A DNA stretch of 64,000 nt from NCBI GenBank assembly GCA_964016885.1, contig OZ024745.1, positions 96,844,001 through 96,908,000 on the forward strand, given 5' to 3'. Of the stretch, positions 57,681 through 64,000 are shown in pieces; the first letter of the stretch is position 1, and each line of letters begins with the position of its first letter. Under the pieces are notes generated by a model. That model did not search any database. It worked only from the letters and a program-made list of their open reading frames with translations, and was not told where the DNA came from. A program made the translations under genes and the position numbers. Source of the stretch: Eledone cirrhosa (taxonomy: Eukaryota).

Positions 57681-57731
57681 AGATTCCTGATGATTTCTAA
57701 AGAATGAAACAGTTCTAGTCCTGTAGAATCT
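57681..57731 (+). ncRNA. Type I hammerhead (mirror copy 53245-53295, -)
   Basis: AGATTC-CTGATGA-tTTC(taaa)GAAt-GAAACAG...CTGTA-GAATCT. Confidence 0.9.
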
Positions 57732-57813
57732 CATCTATATTAAAACTTTTATACTCTGCAATGTATTGAGTACCTTACTTACTGTGGTTACCTCCGATTC
57801 GACCCGGAATAAC

Positions 57814-57873
<60 letters not shown>

Positions 57874-57915
57874 GTGTGTGTGTGTGTGTGTGTGTTTAAT
57901 ATTTAATATAGAAAT

Positions 57916-57964
57916 GCTTCTACAGGACTAGAACTGTTTCATTCGGGAGAAATCATCAGGAAGC
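57916..57964 (-). ncRNA. Type I hammerhead, near-identical to 36710-36760
   Basis: GCTTC-CTGATGA...GAAACAG...CTGTA-GAAGC. Confidence 0.88.
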
Positions 57965-58210
57965 CCGCTTGAACCCCGGATTATATATATATATATGTTA
58001 CCTAATAAATTCTTTATACCCGCATTTCCATTTCATAAACTTCTTCTCCATATTTTCTCCGGATTTTAAAACACACTTTATTATACATTGAGCAATCTCT
58101 GACGTCGGTTGACTCCATCCAATGCAACTACTTAGTAACATTGGAATACAAATTTACTAATTCTTCACACTCCTTTACAGTCGAGCAACCTATCAACCTA
58201 CGTCTCCGAA

Positions 58211-60493
58211 ATGGAAAAACATCATTGTGGTATGTCCTTAAAAAACATACCCGTTCAGGGTAAAAAAGAATACATTCTTGGTATGATACAAAGGACCAAC
58301 GAATTTATTCGGCGGATTAGATGGAGGGCCTTCCATTTCGATAGGAAAAGGATTACACAGACTTCCGACACCAACAACGATAAGTTTGGTTTCAAATCCT
58401 ACAAAAACCCACCCTCTAACCCTCTTTTGGATTCTTTCGAACAGGACTTAATGAAAATGATAACCGGAATCAAATTTACAAACGGAAGGAAAAACGAACT
58501 GCAGCGAGATATTAAAACTCTACTCGACAACCTAAGGAATACCAAAGGAATTATCATAAAGGCAGACAAAACATCGAATCTATACACCCTGGATGTAGAA
58601 ACATATAATAATTTTATACGTAAGGAATTACATAGGAAGTACAAAAAAACAAACGCAACTACACTAACCAACATTAATAACGCAGCATGTGATATTGTTA
58701 AGAAACTGAAAATTGACGCCAGAACGGTACCCCTATCTCCAGCTACACCGACTTTTAATCTGAAGGACCATAAGGATAACTTCGATACTAACCCTAAAAT
58801 TAGATTAATATGTCCTTCAAAGTCCGATATAGGTAGAATCAGTAAGTACATATTAGATCGTATTATCCCCCAAGTTAAGGCTAAGGTAGATATTAAATTA
58901 TGGGGTAATACTCAACAGGCAATAAGATGGTTCAATAACATTAGGGACAAAAACAAATCTTCTTTTATTCAATTCGATATAGATGAATACTATTCCTCTA
59001 TTTCACCCGAAACCCTGCATAAGGCCCTCTCTTTCGCTAAGACTAACTCGGACCTCACAAACGAGGAAATTAATATTATACTTGAAGCTAGACGCACAGT
59101 AGTGCACTTTGAAAATAGTTATTGGGTCCGCAGAGATAGACCCTCGGAATTCGACATTACGATGGGTTCTAATGATTCGGCGGAGGTCACGGATCTGGTT
59201 GGGATCTATATAGCCCACAGACTCCAGAGCGAATTTACGGACCTCCACGGCGGAATATACCGCGACGATACACTTCTATTAGTCAAGAATATGAACAAAC
59301 AAAACCTAGAAAGGCGACGTAAAAACATTAGGAAACTTTTCTTAGAACTAGGGCTTAATATTACCTTCGAACACAATCTTAAGGTGGTCAACTTCTTGGA
59401 TGTCACCTTCAACCTTAATAACGGTAATATAGAGCCATTTCACAAACTTAATGAAAATCTCAAGTACGTTAATGTAAAATCGAACCATCCCCATTCCATT
59501 ATTAAATCTATCCCTAAAAATATATCCATAAGGATCTCTCGACTGTCGTCTAATTTGCAGACCTTCAACGAGCATGCTGAATATTATAATGACGCACTTA
59601 GAAAAGCTGGTTACTGGGAGAAAATAGAATATCTAGACGATAACCACATAAGTACTATGAATAAAACACATCTAAGTCGAACTAGTATTGCACCACACAC
59701 ACACATCAATAGGCATACTAATAGGTGCAAACCAGCAAATAGAGTCAGACGTAGAAAGTACATATGGTATAACCCCGTGTACAATACTTCTATTAGCACT
59801 AAGATTATCTCACAATTCTATACACTAATCAATAAACACTTTACAACTTCACATAAATACTATAAAATCTTTAACTCGCGCACCATTAGACTCTCATACT
59901 CCACTGCACCTAACATAGAACAACTAATTAAAAAACTCAACTCAGCAATACTAAATAAGTACATCCCTAATGACTCAGCGCACCAGCATAGCAACATACA
60001 ACGCACTAACACGCAACTACAACCCCACCAAACTATCCAGGATTCTACTGCAAAACATAAAAATAATTGTAACTGAACCAAACCAGGTACGTGCCCACTG
60101 AATAACCAGTGCCTAGCACGCAATATTGTCTACCGATGTACAATAAATTCCGGAACCAACAAATGGTATTACGTCGAATGTACCGCAACTTCTTTCAAAG
60201 CTCGCCTATACCAACATCGATCTTCGATCAGGCACGAGAAAATGCGCTCCGTAACAACCCTCGCCGATAAAGCATGGCAGCTCCGGAGGAACAATCAAGC
60301 ATTCTCCCTTGATTGGCAAATTATTGCAGCTGCGCCTGCATATCCGCAAAATCATCGATTCTGCAAATTATGCAATTTGGAGATATACTGCATTTTAACG
60401 TCGGTAAACAAACTTTTGAACAGCAAAATTGAACGTTCACTATACTGTAACCATCGTTTGAAAACGACTTTTTCTTTTTTTAAATGCATATAA
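58211..60493 (+). pseudogene. PLE RT-GIY-YIG ORF with a single in-frame TGA (60074-60076)
   Basis: The 621-aa ORF continues in frame CN*TKPGTCPLNNQCLARNIVYRC...YYVECT...CKLC...CNH to 60493. Confidence 0.9.
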
Positions 60494-60902
60494 TGTTACC
60501 TTTTTACACCACCGTTTGCAAATTTCTGTTTTATATGTTTATACACAAGATATGGTATTCTATAATAATAGTAGTAAACACTGTTTTCTGGACCCCTTTA
60601 GAAATAACCTGCTACTATAATAGCCCCAATAACTTGTCTGTAACTCTGTACCACTTTGACCCCTTTAACTAAATTTTGTCCGAACAACACCACTAGAAGA
60701 ATTAACTCCCCCGCCAACCCTAACACGCCTCATTAAGCTAACTGCTACCAAAACATTCTCTCCTTACAATCTCTACTAGTCTGACAGTCTTATATCCTAG
60801 GACTCCCTCCACCTTACTCACTTCCCTCTTCCCCTTCTCTTCCTACCTCCTTCTTTCTCTTTTATCTAGTGTATAAAATAGTTTCATATCATTCCAATAC
60901 AA

Positions 60903-61019
60903 AGGTCTGACGACATGGTGTGTTTGCTTACAGTGTACCTTCGGTTTATGATAATATTTTTATATTATTCAAATAGCGAGGTATAGGTAACCCATACACT
61001 ATAGAAACAATTGTTACCT
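60903..61019 (+). ncRNA. Type I hammerhead with ~90-nt stem II
   Basis: AGGT-CTGACGA-[ATGGTGTG/TACACTAT, TGTACCTTCG/CGAGGTATA]-GAAAC-aatt-GTT-ACCT, then AATAAA. Confidence 0.8.
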
Positions 61020-61060
61020 AATAAATTCTTTATACCCGCATTTCCATTTCATAAACTTCT

Positions 61061-61093
<33 letters not shown>

Positions 61094-61094
<1 letters not shown>

Positions 61095-61375
61095 AAAATA
61101 CAAATATTAATAAAATAGATGTTCTTTTGATTAATTACATTTTATTATACATATTTCGGAGGTACAACAGTACGTGCTCATCAGACAAAATATAATGATA
61201 CATGACATACCTTCAGATGTTAAATGGTTAAGATTTGATCAAAGTAGTGATTAACCCAAGAGAAAATTCAACATTTATACCCTAATAATGAGAAAATGCG
61301 AAAACGTAATAAATTCAATAGATAATGTGTGAGTAAGAAAAATGTTGGTTAATGTGACAACTATAGAGATTTTAA
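61094..61375 (-). mobile_element. Copy of the 7863-8135 repeat, hammerhead at 61139-61191
   Basis: Reverse-complement similarity. CTGATGA and GAAAT..ATA are intact. Confidence 0.8.
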
Positions 61376-61590
61376 AATGTTTAAAAAACAAACAAACCGA
61401 GCATTATAATAAATGTTCGGTAAACCGATACGTGCATATATATATGTGTGCATGTGTGTATATATACACATACTACTGTACGTCTGTATACATATATGTA
61501 TGTACGTATACATACATACATACTTACATTTAAGTCAGTGCCGCACTAAGAGTGAGAATTGAAATTTCGTTTCATTCTATTCTATATATA

Positions 61591-61648
<58 letters not shown>

Positions 61649-61704
61649 GTATATAATACATATATATATATATAATATTATATATAATGCACACACACAC
61701 ACAC

Positions 61705-61751
<47 letters not shown>

Positions 61752-61879
61752 AAAGTTCTATTTAAATTGTTGGGATACAACAAGTAAATATTTTTATAAC
61801 TGATATAAAGCACTCGACAAGTATTTGGAGTAGATATACGATATTAACAAATGGAAACTATATTTATAAAACCATATTT

Positions 61880-61942
61880 ATTTCATTATACATATTTCAA
61901 GGATACCAAGTTAAATTATGGTATGCCTTCATCAGACAAAAT
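61880..61942 (-). ncRNA. Type I hammerhead ribozyme
   Basis: ATTTTGT-CTGATGA-AGGcATACCA...TGGTATCCTt-GAAAT-atgt-ATA-ATGAAAT. Confidence 0.8.
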
Positions 61943-62449
61943 ACAATATATATCAGTTTTATAAATAAGCATTGACGTACCCTTTCAAAATGCGACCATT
62001 ACTTTTAACATTTTCTCTATATGCTAGAAAGACCTAGAAAGATCAAGTAAATATAAAACCAATGTGATAAGTCCGCTGTTACAACCATACAATAATAGTC
62101 TTCTGTTGCATATTACTTTAACTTTACAAATATATATATTTGCTGTTTATTAAAAAAATAAATATACCAACGAAATAGAATATCTCAGCTCAGGAATAAA
62201 TGAAATAGGTAAACAAATTCAGCGTGTTTTTTATTTTCATTTTTACCAGATTGATATTATTTGGCAACCGATAGTTTCATCATCATATTAAGGAAAAACA
62301 AGGACGTCCATTTTCGGTTTTTTTTTTTTTAATGTAATGCGATAACGCCTCGACAGTTCAGCTGAAGTAATAAGAATTGAAACAGTTAATGAATCTTTCT
62401 CCTGTTTCTTTTGGGAAATTAAATATGCCATTACATTAGACAATTTTAA

Positions 62450-63050
62450 ATTTGACTTATTTGAAAGAGTTTGGAGAACGACGTTCCCACAGCACTACAC
62501 CCTTGTTTATACGAAACTAAGTTATATGATACATTTTTTCCCATTGAACTGTCATATATGTGGAATGTTTAGACACTTAGACGTTCACTTCACGAGAAGG
62601 CTATTCCGTTGATCGAATAACTGGAACAGTCATCGTCGGAACCGATGGAGGTCCATTCCACTTCGCTCATGTTTCACTTATTTCAGTGCTTTCAATTGCT
62701 CGGGTTTCATGCCGTTCATTCCACCTGAGAGAAATGGATTTAACTCTACACCGTTATCTGTTTGCGCATAAATAATGTGACATGGAATTGCATTCTATAT
62801 TTTGTAGAAAGTTCTGTATCAAACCGCTTGAAACCACCTTTGATTTTGTGATATAAAACCTGTATATTTTAAAGTATTTATATTTATTCAAAAACATCCA
62901 CCATAATTTTATGTTATGATTGTTGTTAAGCAATGTTTCGAATAGGAGCTTCTTAATGAAAACGTTAGTTACATCAAATCTTTCTAAATTCTTAATTATT
63001 TGCAAAATGACTAATGAACTATGTGCAGTATGTTTCATAACAAATTCAGA
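62450..63050 (-). pseudogene. Possible highly decayed RNase H-bearing LINE fragment
   Basis: SSLVILQIIKNL...NNHNIKLWW loosely resembles LINE RNase H. Weak. Confidence 0.35.
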
Positions 63051-63129
63051 AAGTAGAGAAATCAGGAGATATAAATAATATTTGAAATTGCCTATAACAT
63101 GAAATCAGTTTCAATATTAGTGAAGGCAC

Positions 63130-63400
63130 AACACTGCCATTACATAGTGTCCGAGTATCGCTGACTTATGGGCTTATGTTGAACATCTGCTGGTGTGTGT
63201 GGGATGGATCCGGCTATCAGCTGAGTCCATCAGTTGATAGCCCTCTATCACTGCCTGCCCTTCTTTAACCAGGAAGGGCAGGCATTTTTATATCTGCCTG
63301 GTGGCCATGGTGAAAGAGGTCGTATGGTGGACGCATCTGAAAGGTTTGAAGCCGGGCACTTTCCTTTTCGGCGACTCTCTCATTAATTTTTTTCATTGAA
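63130..63400 (+). mobile_element. Tx1/L1 fragment related to 51580-51845
   Basis: Shared CCGGCTATC..., CCAGGAAGGGCAGGCA, TATGGTGGAC. Confidence 0.75.
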
Positions 63401-63452
63401 ATCTTTTAACTCAAAATGTGCTAGTTTTCAATATATGTGTTGGTTATAGTTG

Positions 63453-63610
63453 CAGGCATAGTTGGGTAGTTAAGGAGCTTGCTTAACAAACACATGGTTT
63501 GGGGTTCAATCCCACTTTAGACAGGTGTACCTGCTATTGACTCAGGTTCACGATGCCTTGTGAATGAGATTTGGAAGACAGAAACAGTGTTGACGCTCGT
63601 GGTGTATATA
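63453..63610 (+). mobile_element. Old tRNA-derived SINE of a different family
   Basis: GGTTCAATCCC B box and GCCTTGTGAATGAGATTTGG..GACAGAAAC body. Confidence 0.6.
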
Positions 63611-63614
63611 TAGG

Positions 63615-63806
63615 TATATAGGAAAAGAGTCAGGACCCGGACGACAGAGCGCCGGCCGTTTCGACAGCTAGATCTAGTTGTCGAAACGGTCGGAGCTCAG
63701 CCGTCGGGGTCAATGACTCTTTTCCTATTACCTACTCGACTACGCTAAATATCGAGTATCTGGTGCATTATGATCCACCCGGTAACTTACCACACCCTCT
63801 TTGTTA
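63615..63806 (+). mobile_element. Diverged PLE 3' terminus (family of 17023-17163) with inverted duplication
   Basis: Fold-back centred on CTAGATCTAG (~63673). The tail is homologous to 17080-17163. Confidence 0.75.
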
Positions 63807-63812
63807 TATATG

Positions 63813-63852
<40 letters not shown>

Positions 63853-63921
63853 AGTGTTTGTGTGAGTGTATGTGTGAGTGTGTATGTGTGTGTGTGTGAG
63901 TGTATGTGTGTGTGTGTGTGA

Positions 63922-63956
<35 letters not shown>

Positions 63957-64000
63957 TGTGTGTGTGAGTGTGTGTGTGAGTGTATGTCTGTGTGTGTGTG

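Larger units (their letters stand above)
57996..61064 (+). mobile_element. Unit-length PLE with ~53-bp terminal redundancy
   Basis: TGTTACCTAATAAATTC...CTTCTTCTC at 57996 and 61012. Microsatellite flanks. Confidence 0.92.

Noticed and set aside
60494-61064. SECIS element for the in-frame UGA
   Set aside because: The ATGA...AAA...GA near 60947-60980 has the wrong spacing and lies within the hammerhead stem II.
63624-63720. Complete hammerhead formed by the palindrome (GACC-CGGACGA...GAAAC...GTC)
   Set aside because: The apparent core is simply the antisense arm and would be sequestered in the long hairpin.

Overview
Eukaryotic, AT-rich, repeat-saturated animal DNA. The SINE repertoire and the (TA)n/(CA)n load suggest an octopus or other cephalopod genome (inference). 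I recognise no host gene. The window contains: (1) at least seven Penelope-like retroelement (PLE) copies or fragments (RT + C-terminal GIY-YIG), one with an intact ORF and both pseudo-LTRs; (2) two end-complete but frameshifted Helitrons; (3) about 20 copies of one tRNA-derived SINE plus other SINEs; (4) fragments of RTE, CRE, R4/Dong and Tx1/L1 LINEs; (5) several MITEs. The most interesting layer is non-coding. About 20 hammerhead ribozyme (HHR) motifs were found by eye. They include forms with 50-105 nt stem II, a U3-A8 compensatory core, a 485-nt non-coding retrozyme-like unit bounded by two HHRs, and a PLE whose 5' end falls at its own predicted cleavage site. A recurrent half-hammerhead-like motif also occupies the HHR position in one PLE family. 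All folds were done by hand and coordinates of decayed repeats are approximate.
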